In this document: positions 8,964-16,675 of the stretch, piece by piece | Position numbering within the stretch: the first letter of the stretch is position 1 | Layout of the letters: every line of letters begins with the position of its first letter | IMG/VR virus record: IMGVR_UViG_3300033076_000324 | Location: 1-49,103 of that record | Strand: one strand, 5' to 3' | DNA from: a virus | Lineage: Duplodnaviria; Caudoviricetes | Length of the DNA stretch: 49,103 bases | The notes under the pieces: model-generated | Seen by the model: only the letters and a program-made list of their open reading frames with translations | Told to the model about the DNA's origin: nothing | The model's database searches: none | Program-made: the position numbers and the translations under genes

Positions 8964-10168
8964 AGTTCTTTTGTGTAATATTTTCCTTTGATATATTGTA
9001 GCACATACACTCGTCCGTTAACAGTATTTTGATAAATTGTGCCGTCGCCGGTATTCCAATTTCCTTGCGTGGTTCCAAGAATATGTGCCATTTCATCTAG
9101 TACAGATTGTTTATACAATGTTAACACTCCGTTAATAATTTGATATATTACTGTATCTCCGTTTCCGGAACCAAACGCCATTGTTGTATGGCCTGCGGTA
9201 AACAGAGTGTGTGAGTAATAGGAATTGTTATTAACAACATCAAATGGTGCTTGTGCCGTAAAATTGCCAGCACCGTCATTTAGCAAAACTTGTTTAACAC
9301 CTGGGGCACTCGATGCTAACGCATTAAACACCGCAACAAAATCAGTGTGACCATCATTGTTAATATCTATAGCACGACTGTTGATCAGATCAACAGTAGC
9401 AGGATCTGGAAGAGCTATGCCCACTTGAGATACTATGTTGAAATTATTGTCCAATGTCAATATTGACGATGAGAATCCAGGTACTTGATTATTAGTGCCC
9501 AACAGTATCGAAATAGTATTATTCTGATTATGGACTATACTGCAAGTGCTGAAAAAATTGTTTGCTAAAATATCAGTTCTGACTAGAAAATTTCTATTTC
9601 CTTGATTGATATAGACCCCGCCACCGCCTACTAGCATGTCTAGGTCGCCGTCATGATCGATGTCGTTGTAGCATGCACCGTGGGCATGAACTTGATCGTT
9701 GAGCTCTTGACGAATAAATTGACCAGAGTTATTCCAGAAGATTACTGTGTTAGCAGGAGGCTGAGGAGCGCCATCGTCAAACCCAGGTAGAACAATATCG
9801 TTGCGACCGTCACTATCGAAATCAGCGATAAAAACTTTTTGACTGCCACTATAAGTATTCACTGGTAATACTTCTGTGGTTTTCTCTGACAACGTACCGT
9901 TTGCATTTTGATAGAACACATAAATTCGTGCGGTATGAGTCCCATCATTTACCCATCCACCGATAACAATATCGTCAAGACCATCGTTATTGAGATCGCC
10001 TGTGGATAGAGTATTAACTAGGTTAAAATTAGTGCTAGTAGTTCGAGACACTTCATTAAGTGCAGCAACAGCTAGTGCCGATGTTTGCAAAGGGGAGCTT
10101 CCGCCGTCACCTCCCCCGCAGCCAGTTAATACTAAAGTTAATAACAGAATAGATGCAATTTTAACCAT
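8960..10168 (-). CDS. FG-GAP/VCBS-repeat lipoprotein
   Basis: Signal peptide with lipobox LTGC and repeats GDLNNDGLDDI, ADFDSDGRNDI, NDIDHDGDLDM, IDINNDGHTDF. Start moved to ATG 10168 (MVKIAS) because of the promoter position. Confidence 0.8.
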   Translation of the reverse strand: MVKIASILLLTLVLTGCGGGDGGSSPLQTSALAVAALNEVSRTTSTNFNLVNTLSTGDLNNDGLDDIVIGGWVNDGTHTARIYVFYQNANGTLSEKTTEVLPVNTYSGSQKVFIADFDSDGRNDIVLPGFDDGAPQPPANTVIFWNNSGQFIRQELNDQVHAHGACYNDIDHDGDLDMLVGGGGVYINQGNRNFLVRTDILANNFFSTCSIVHNQNNTISILLGTNNQVPGFSSSILTLDNNFNIVSQVGIALPDPATVDLINSRAIDINNDGHTDFVAVFNALASSAPGVKQVLLNDGAGNFTAQAPFDVVNNNSYYSHTLFTAGHTTMAFGSGNGDTVIYQIINGVLTLYKQSVLDEMAHILGTTQGNWNTGDGTIYQNTVNGRVYVLQYIKGKYYTKEL

Positions 10169-10174
10169 GCACAT

Positions 10175-10203
10175 AGTATAGCACTCTGTGATTTTTTGGT
10201 CAA
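10175..10203 (-). promoter_or_regulatory. Sigma70-type promoter for the lipoprotein gene (probably a leaderless transcript)
   Basis: TTGACC-17 nt-TATACT with a TG extension. The predicted +1 falls at or near ATG 10168. Confidence 0.75.
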
Positions 10204-10237
10204 ACTAACCCAAAGTATTAATTTTTATGCACTTGTT

Positions 10238-10692
10238 AGATGTCAATGACATCTGCTCTTTCGTCTTTGACTCAGAGCTTTTTTAAAACAACGAAGTTGA
10301 GATATTTTCGCTAGATGCTTGATCCATACGACACCCTGATAACGGGTGCAGTAAAAAGAATGCGAGAGACATTCGCTGAGTGAATCACTCACACTGACAA
10401 TAGGTATTTGTGTTGTTTACGCTTCTGGGCTCTGTACCTTACCCCACCTACTACGATTTTTAAGAGAACCTCGGTGCCAATGTTCTCATGAGCGTATTAA
10501 ACAATAAGTTGGATCACTCCACACTCAACCTGTTCCGACTATGCAAACGTAAAACCCGCAGGGGCAACATTTTAAGGCATCTCTAGTCAGAGCTAGAGGT
10601 AGTGCATAGAAGTCCTACTACAGCGGTAGGATTTGGTTGCCGTCACACATCAGAACGGATTCGCCAGCGGCATTACAATCGGCCCGCCAACC
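10238..10692. ncRNA. Candidate large structured non-coding element (unassigned ncRNA or replication origin)
   Basis: ORF-free gap in an otherwise abutting gene array, containing at least 8 hairpins and one crossing pairing (details under findings). No family recognised. Confidence 0.5.
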
Positions 10693-10710
10693 TTATGGCT
10701 GTATAGATGT

Positions 10711-10739
10711 AAAATAAAAAGCACGGACGAACCGTGCTT
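10711..10739 (-). terminator. Rho-independent terminator after folE
   Basis: On -: AAGCACGG-TTCGT-CCGTGCTT followed by TTTATTTT. Confidence 0.8.
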
Positions 10740-10757
10740 ACTTGTTGTTGAGATTAG

Positions 10758-11459
10758 TTAGCGCGGAGCAAACTCTTGTTGCAACTTGATGTTATCAAAG
10801 AACTCTTTCTTTACCGACGCATCGGTCTTAAAAGCTCCTTCAAGTACTGTGGTCTGTGTGAGACTACTGTGAGCCATAATACCACGATTCTCACAACATC
10901 CGTGGGTAGCTTGGATATAAACTGCAACATCGTTTGACCCGGTTGCAAATTTAATCTCACGAGCGATGTCCATACAGAGTTCCTCTTGTAGTGTACCTCG
11001 TCTTGCACACCACTGAGCGATACGTGTATATTTGGATAAGCCGATAAGTTTGGGGCCAGCAATAATTCCAATATAAGCCACACCCGTAACAGGCTGGTGA
11101 TGATGCGAACACATGCTCTTAAGCTCACTACGCACCACCAACATGCCTTCGTATTTCCCTTCCGTATCATTGGGGAAAGCTGTAGCATTAGGGCTCTCCT
11201 CGTATCGGCCAGCCATAATTTCATAGACATACATCTTAGCCAGACGTCGGGCCGTTCCTTGCGAATTTGGGTCATTGTGTCGATCAATAATTAAACTGTC
11301 AAGGACACCTTCAAACTTGGTTGTTAGCTCATCAACTAACATGTCCTTTTCTTTATCAGTGATAAAGTCACTGATGTTATCGCCTGCCCAGAATCGCTTG
11401 TCGGCGTCAGTGAGGCGTTTGCGAATTACTTGTGATAAATTTAAACTGTTGTCTGTCAT
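10758..11459 (-). CDS. folE: GTP cyclohydrolase I
   Basis: TARRLAKMY, SMCSHHHQP, IGLSKYTR, LQEEL, ATHGCCENRG. Confidence 0.95.
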   Translation of the reverse strand: MTDNSLNLSQVIRKRLTDADKRFWAGDNISDFITDKEKDMLVDELTTKFEGVLDSLIIDRHNDPNSQGTARRLAKMYVYEIMAGRYEESPNATAFPNDTEGKYEGMLVVRSELKSMCSHHHQPVTGVAYIGIIAGPKLIGLSKYTRIAQWCARRGTLQEELCMDIAREIKFATGSNDVAVYIQATHGCCENRGIMAHSSLTQTTVLEGAFKTDASVKKEFFDNIKLQQEFAPR

Positions 11460-11460
11460 A

Positions 11461-12060
11461 TTATTCCTTGATTGTGATTTTTCTTAAATCCGGGTATTGA
11501 ACAAATTTAGGTTCTGCTGGAAACTCTTTGAGACCTTCCAGCAGTGCAATTCCAGTAACTGCTTCTTCTGGTGTAGGCTTGTAGTGATATCCAACTCTAA
11601 ACTCTTTTTGCTCTTCCCACGGTGATATATTTAGATCGCGACCATCATACCTCATACGAATTATTGCATCATATGCTTCTTTGTCGTCTAGTAGTATAGC
11701 ACCACCACGTCCTATATGTAAAGGCTTTGTATGCCCAAAACTCAAACATTGCATCTGCCCAGGGCGATACATATTCTTCTCAAGTCTTCTTGCTGAATCC
11801 CAAATTCGAGTTTTTCTGAATTTGTATTCACCTACCCAGTGTGCAGGTGTTCCAACCTCGTAGTAAAACTGAATCTTGAGTTTATGCATCAGCATCGGGA
11901 TGCTCAAATATGTAAACGGTGTAAATGCACAGAATTCAACCTTATCATATCTAAAACACAATTCGAGTGCATGTGTGCAACAATCGGTCATGATTGCATA
12001 CGGCGCACCAGTGTATTCTGCTAATGCTGTTTCAAATCGTTTGATATCGTCAAATGTCAT
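11461..12060 (-). CDS. Short DegT/DnrJ-type PLP sugar aminotransferase
   Basis: FETALAEYTG, DCCTHAL, WDSA and LSFGHTKPLHIGRGGAI with the PLP Lys retained; only 199 aa. Confidence 0.75.
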   Translation of the reverse strand: MTFDDIKRFETALAEYTGAPYAIMTDCCTHALELCFRYDKVEFCAFTPFTYLSIPMLMHKLKIQFYYEVGTPAHWVGEYKFRKTRIWDSARRLEKNMYRPGQMQCLSFGHTKPLHIGRGGAILLDDKEAYDAIIRMRYDGRDLNISPWEEQKEFRVGYHYKPTPEEAVTGIALLEGLKEFPAEPKFVQYPDLRKITIKE

Positions 12061-13007
12061 CGGTTATACCATGTCCAAGCATGTTGAATCATTGCATCTA
12101 AGTTGTGATGCTGCCAGGCGCCGGCAACAAGATTAAACTTGTCTGCGCTGGCTGTGAGCACAGGCGGATCTCCGGCACGTTGTTGACCTACTGCAATGTT
12201 TAGTTTTTTGCCGGTAATGCGTTCAGCAGCAGAAATTATCTCTCGATTGCTTGTGCCTTGACTTGATCCAAGGTTATAGACACCTGCAGGAATCTTGTGA
12301 TAGATCGCCAAGGCGTGTGCTCTCGCAATGTCCTCAACGTGGACATAATCACGAACGCAGGTGCCATCAGCAGTAGGATAATTGTTGCCATATAAAGTAA
12401 ATTCATTGTTATCCCTAATGCTTTCTAACACTCTAGCAATAATGTGTGTAGCACCTGGCTCTTGCCCATGTCTGCCTTGTGGATCAGCACCACAGGCATT
12501 AAAGTAGCGAAAACTCACATAGTCAAGTCCATACGCACGATGATATGATTCCAACATCATGTCAATCATTAGTTTGCTCTGACCGTAGGGACTAACAGGA
12601 TCAGCAGGATCAACTTCACTGATTGGCAACATAACAGGTTCGCCGTAAGTAGCAGCACTTGAGCTAAAGATAACTCTGCACTTTGGTAAGCTCTTACGAA
12701 CAATGTCCAGCAACTTCAGTGTCTTGGCCACATTGTTGTTATAGTATTCGCTTGGATCTTTTACTGACGGGCCAACAAGGCTAGTGCCAGCACAATGGAT
12801 GATAGCATCGGGTTGTTTACCAATGATCCAACTCAACGCAACATCGCTAGCAAAATCTTGGAATAAGAATCTATCACAAACACCTAGCAAGTGCTTGGGT
12901 GGTTCTCTGCGGTCAATGCCGTAGACTTCATGCCCTGCGTCTTTCAACAACAGGGCAGTCTGCCCACCAATGTATCCAGCCGAACCTGTTACAATTACAG
13001 TTGACAT
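12057..13007 (-). CDS. galE: UDP-glucose 4-epimerase
   Basis: TGSAGYIG, SSSAATYG, PYGQSK, RYFNACGA, DGTCVRDYVHV, YNLGS, RRAGDP-like motif. Confidence 0.92.
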   Translation of the reverse strand: MSTVIVTGSAGYIGGQTALLLKDAGHEVYGIDRREPPKHLLGVCDRFLFQDFASDVALSWIIGKQPDAIIHCAGTSLVGPSVKDPSEYYNNNVAKTLKLLDIVRKSLPKCRVIFSSSAATYGEPVMLPISEVDPADPVSPYGQSKLMIDMMLESYHRAYGLDYVSFRYFNACGADPQGRHGQEPGATHIIARVLESIRDNNEFTLYGNNYPTADGTCVRDYVHVEDIARAHALAIYHKIPAGVYNLGSSQGTSNREIISAAERITGKKLNIAVGQQRAGDPPVLTASADKFNLVAGAWQHHNLDAMIQHAWTWYNR

Positions 13008-14198
13008 TTAGTACTTTGCCCCAGCAAGATGGTCACGATAGCGATTGCCCGATCGATCCCATTGAGCACCGTCGCCAGTAATAATATCAACAATGCGGTC
13101 AACACATCCGTCATTCCAATCACTAATCTTACCAGCATCGGGGTGTAGTCCTGACATCAACATTTCTAGTTTACGAATTGCATCACTCTGGCTCCAAGGA
13201 ATGTAAAGGCGCTCAGGGTCGTTGGCAAATGTTTCAGGAAAACTGCGATAAGCAGGATACAAAACATTGCTTCCCAAGGTGTCAGCTTCTGAGACTGTGT
13301 TAGAGACCCAATCTTGTAAAGCACAATTAAAAAGCACACGGGTATCATTGAGTAGATTATAGTAATCATTTTTACTTAGATTTTCATAGATCTTGATTTT
13401 CCCTTGCGCCTCCAGTGCCCTTGCTCTGGTAATGTATTCGTGGTTGTTAGATCGTAAAGGTCCACCCTGGAAGATGGCAAACTCAGTGCCAGGATATCGT
13501 GCTTGATATTCTTCAGCCAAGTCCATGAAGAAACCTGGTTGTTTTTCTTGATCAAACCTTGCGGCAAAACCCACTCGGGCTGTTCTTTGGTTAAACGGTT
13601 TAATGTTTGCTCTACCTCCAACACGCTCAAGAACTTCCTCTTTGCCAAATGCAAGGCCAGATATATTGTAGATCGGAGCGGTCCAACCTGCGATTCGCAT
13701 GTGGGCAACCATTTCTTCGTTGGTAGCAAGAACTGCACCACCAGATGTTTTAACCAGTTCATTAACCATTTGTTCATACAATCCCATCCATTTGTTCATG
13801 TTCCATACATGAACAAAATCGTCTGGATCAATAGACTGAGCAAGACAACGAACAAACACCCTTGGGCGCGAGCTCTCTGGGATTTGGTCCATGATGTATG
13901 GCAATGATTCAATGCCTGGCTGAAACATGTCTTCAAAGTAGACCACATCTTCATTTGTAACTTCTCCTTCGCGCATCATCTTCACAAGATTCATTAACTG
14001 GCTCATAGAGAAGTAACTGCGTCCGTGTGCATCTAAAACCTGTCCAACTACAATGCTCTTGGAGTTGTCTAATGTTTCGCCTGGGACGTAAACAACATCT
14101 AAACCACGGCGATTAAACACACGTCGATTCCACTCTGTTAGTTGTAGTGTGTAACGGGCTTCGTAACTTTCCAAACCCATGTAAAATAGTTTTCTCAT
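13008..14198 (-). CDS. GT-B fold (GT4-like) glycosyltransferase
   Basis: C-terminal donor-binding pattern GFAARFDQEKQP...QDWVSNTVSEADTLG...YRSFPE. Start reassigned to MRKLFYMG at 14198 (TAATG overlap with the upstream gene). Confidence 0.7.
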   Translation of the reverse strand: MRKLFYMGLESYEARYTLQLTEWNRRVFNRRGLDVVYVPGETLDNSKSIVVGQVLDAHGRSYFSMSQLMNLVKMMREGEVTNEDVVYFEDMFQPGIESLPYIMDQIPESSRPRVFVRCLAQSIDPDDFVHVWNMNKWMGLYEQMVNELVKTSGGAVLATNEEMVAHMRIAGWTAPIYNISGLAFGKEEVLERVGGRANIKPFNQRTARVGFAARFDQEKQPGFFMDLAEEYQARYPGTEFAIFQGGPLRSNNHEYITRARALEAQGKIKIYENLSKNDYYNLLNDTRVLFNCALQDWVSNTVSEADTLGSNVLYPAYRSFPETFANDPERLYIPWSQSDAIRKLEMLMSGLHPDAGKISDWNDGCVDRIVDIITGDGAQWDRSGNRYRDHLAGAKY

Positions 14199-14632
14199 TA
14201 TAGTTTTCCTTTTGGCCAAACGCTGCCGCTGTTAATGTTGTGAATAGCACTTTTCAGAACTTCGGCATCAATATCTTTGGCCATTTGTGCAGCAGCAGTC
14301 ATTGAATACTTGCGGTAATCGTAATCATCTGCGCTATACACGTCTTTCCAACTACGATATTGTTCGCGCTCTCGTTGAACGCTTCTAAAAGCATCTTCCA
14401 TATCGTGCATACGACGGTTTATGTGATGCATGTCCTCAAACATTCTTCGAAGTGGACCATGCTGGCGATCATGCCTGTGGTTCCCGGATTCTGGTTGAGT
14501 TAACGCAACGATCATCATGAGCTTGCGTAGAGTTTCCACTACGCGAGGATCGTCACTGGTCATTGCAGTATCGAACATGTCGATAAAGCGTTCCAGGTCA
14601 AAGTCTGCCTGGTCCTTTTCGCGCGACCCCAT
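14198..14632 (-). CDS. Hypothetical protein
   Basis: 144 aa ORF abutting both neighbours. Confidence 0.7.
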   Translation of the reverse strand: MGSREKDQADFDLERFIDMFDTAMTSDDPRVVETLRKLMMIVALTQPESGNHRHDRQHGPLRRMFEDMHHINRRMHDMEDAFRSVQREREQYRSWKDVYSADDYDYRKYSMTAAAQMAKDIDAEVLKSAIHNINSGSVWPKGKL

Positions 14633-14633
14633 G

Positions 14634-14855
14634 TTAGATCAAGCGTCCGAGTCTGCGGGCATCTTCTTCCCACATGTTCTTGGCATACTTGCCGGATGTG
14701 TATTTGGAGTATTGCTGCCATGCATAACTCTTGAAGTTATACAAGTCAGCTTCGTTGAATCTGTAGCCATATTCGGCTACAAACTCGCGGAATCGATCCA
14801 AATCCTCGAGGATTTGTTGAACTTTAGGATTGTGTTTGATTACGGGTTTAGACAT
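14634..14855 (-). CDS. Hypothetical protein
   Basis: 73 aa ORF with SD AAGGA, abutting its neighbours. Confidence 0.75.
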   Translation of the reverse strand: MSKPVIKHNPKVQQILEDLDRFREFVAEYGYRFNEADLYNFKSYAWQQYSKYTSGKYAKNMWEEDARRLGRLI

Positions 14856-14866
14856 TGTTTTTCCTT

Positions 14867-15460
14867 TCAGTAGTAAGTAATGTCATTGTTGATGTGCCAT
14901 TGGCTATGTAAAACTTGTGCTTGCGCTTGGTCTATGTTTTTATTTAGAAAAACATTGAGCTGTTGAATAATTTGTGATTGATTAAAGTCAGGGTTCCAAA
15001 AATCATTTAATGCCATAGTATAAATGTTTTCGGCACTGCCTGTAAAGTAAGATTGGTAAAACTCGGATTGATATAGGTAAGGTTGTTCTTCGTTGAGATA
15101 GTACTCATGTGAGAATTGTCCTAATCGATGTTGCCGCGTGTTTAATAGATATCGATCTCGTTTGGTATCGAAATTAAGTAGTACCCATTTCTTATTATTG
15201 ATTGCATTGATACGATCACGCCATGGAGCCAATTCTCCAAAATGCCCATGCAAGATGTAATCTTGCTGGACAGTTTCGGCAGCTACTACACGGTCTAGAT
15301 TCATATTACGACCAGTAGTAGAGTGAACTTCTCTTTCGCCGCTAGTGTACTTTTTGACGTCAAGATCGGAACTATTAGCAAAGCTCGAATCCAGGCATAG
15401 GATATTTTTAAGATGATTACCTCCGCCACTGGGCGGATAGGCAATAATAACTACACTCAT
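14867..15460 (-). CDS. Hypothetical protein, possibly sulfotransferase/P-loop-like
   Basis: N-terminal IIAYPPSGGGNHL resembles a PAPS-binding loop; weak evidence. Confidence 0.45.
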   Translation of the reverse strand: MSVVIIAYPPSGGGNHLKNILCLDSSFANSSDLDVKKYTSGEREVHSTTGRNMNLDRVVAAETVQQDYILHGHFGELAPWRDRINAINNKKWVLLNFDTKRDRYLLNTRQHRLGQFSHEYYLNEEQPYLYQSEFYQSYFTGSAENIYTMALNDFWNPDFNQSQIIQQLNVFLNKNIDQAQAQVLHSQWHINNDITYY

Positions 15461-15903
15461 TAAACTTTAATATTGTGCAAGGGTTGAGAAAGTTCGTATT
15501 TGATCAGTGCGCCGTTTTCGCCATCCTCGGCAACTTCGATCCATACAGCACGATTGGGATAACGCTCGGCAATCTTTAGATACAAGTCGTCGCTCATCAT
15601 TTCGCAGGACTTGTAGTCCAGTTCAAGAATACTGTCTCGGTAGAGATTTTCAAGCCAGCGTTTAAATTGGATGAATTCAATATCTCGATCATTGTGAAAC
15701 ACATCAATCCAAACACGGAAGTGAAAAATATGACGATGAGGAACGCCGAGAAACGATACATCATACTCGTCGCCTGTTGCCAGTAGTGGATCAGTTGCTG
15801 CTGCTGGATACTTGTGAATACCTTCCTTACGGAATGTAACCCAGATCTTTCGTTCTGCATGTTGTTTAATTCTTTCAATTTGTTGTCTTTGTTCTTGGAT
15901 CAT
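15460..15903 (-). CDS. dpdL: QueD-paralogous T-fold protein, DpdL-like (proposed CDG decarboxylase)
   Basis: LGVPHRHIF matches LxxxHRHxF, with DRDIEFIQFK, SCEMM and VAEDGENGA. A canonical QueD is encoded separately. Confidence 0.65.
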   Translation of the reverse strand: MIQEQRQQIERIKQHAERKIWVTFRKEGIHKYPAAATDPLLATGDEYDVSFLGVPHRHIFHFRVWIDVFHNDRDIEFIQFKRWLENLYRDSILELDYKSCEMMSDDLYLKIAERYPNRAVWIEVAEDGENGALIKYELSQPLHNIKV

Positions 15904-16169
15904 AGTGCTTTCATGCTTTCTGCTGTGATAATTTTGCTGAGTTCGTCCCCGAGTTTGTCATCGTCGTGAACAATATAAAATCCAACAAAGCTCATGTCTT
16001 TGGTTTTGTTGTAAGTAACAGTTTCGACTGCAAGTCCACCTGAGCCTTTGTATATGTCGATACGAATGGAGTTTGTTTCTAACACACGACCGTCTCGTCC
16101 TACTTCAATTGGATCTTCGTCAATTGACCAAGCCCAATGTAGAACTTTTCGTTTCAACCATTTGATCAT
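15900..16169 (-). CDS. Hypothetical protein
   Basis: 89 aa ORF with ATGA overlaps at both ends. Confidence 0.7.
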   Translation of the reverse strand: MIKWLKRKVLHWAWSIDEDPIEVGRDGRVLETNSIRIDIYKGSGGLAVETVTYNKTKDMSFVGFYIVHDDDKLGDELSKIITAESMKAL

Positions 16170-16675
16170 AGTGGTGTATCCTTGGTGTATTTAGACCAGT
16201 CAGTAAACTGATCTCGATTTTGTAATGTATGAATGCTGTGACACCATACGCCGGGATTAGTTGCCTTGAAGTCTTTATCGTCGAGCTTGAGTGTGGCATT
16301 GTAACCAAGTTGATTGATGTATGGCAGCTTGGCAGAGATCATTGGAATAAACTGATGATGCTCGCACAGGCCTGACTCTAACAAGCCTTCTACACACGAG
16401 ATATCAATGTCTAATGTACACCAGTAACCCATGTCTAAGTAGTGATAAATCATTATCTCCCACTTGGCCCATTCTGCACCGTCGTTGACTTTTAGATTAG
16501 GAAAGCTCATGTTAGCACCGAAGTAGATATGCTGCCCTGGCTTTTTGAGCCTTGGAGTAATCTCACTGAACGGTTGCACACCGATTACAAACAAAGTTTC
16601 CATGCCGTGCGCCGGAGTATGCTCTACCTCAATGCCGGTAAAGAAGTTGGTGTTATCGTGTTCAGGTCTGTTCAT
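16166..16675 (-). CDS. Hypothetical protein coupled to the TGT-like gene
   Basis: 169 aa with GIEVEHTP, HIYFGAN and DFKATNPGVWCH; overlaps the end of the TGT-like gene. Confidence 0.75.
   Translation of the reverse strand: MNRPEHDNTNFFTGIEVEHTPAHGMETLFVIGVQPFSEITPRLKKPGQHIYFGANMSFPNLKVNDGAEWAKWEIMIYHYLDMGYWCTLDIDISCVEGLLESGLCEHHQFIPMISAKLPYINQLGYNATLKLDDKDFKATNPGVWCHSIHTLQNRDQFTDWSKYTKDTPL

Noticed and set aside
10255-10278. Hammerhead-like CUGA...GAAA on the minus strand
   Set aside because: The core reads CUGAG rather than CUGAnGA and stems I and III are missing. It is better explained as a hairpin with tandem G-A pairs.
10238-10692. tRNA, tmRNA, RNase P RNA, CRISPR array or group I intron in the large gap
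   Set aside because: No T-loop GTTCRA/CCA cloverleaf, no GAGGAAAGTCC, no regularly spaced direct repeats, and the flanking genes are intact rather than interrupted.
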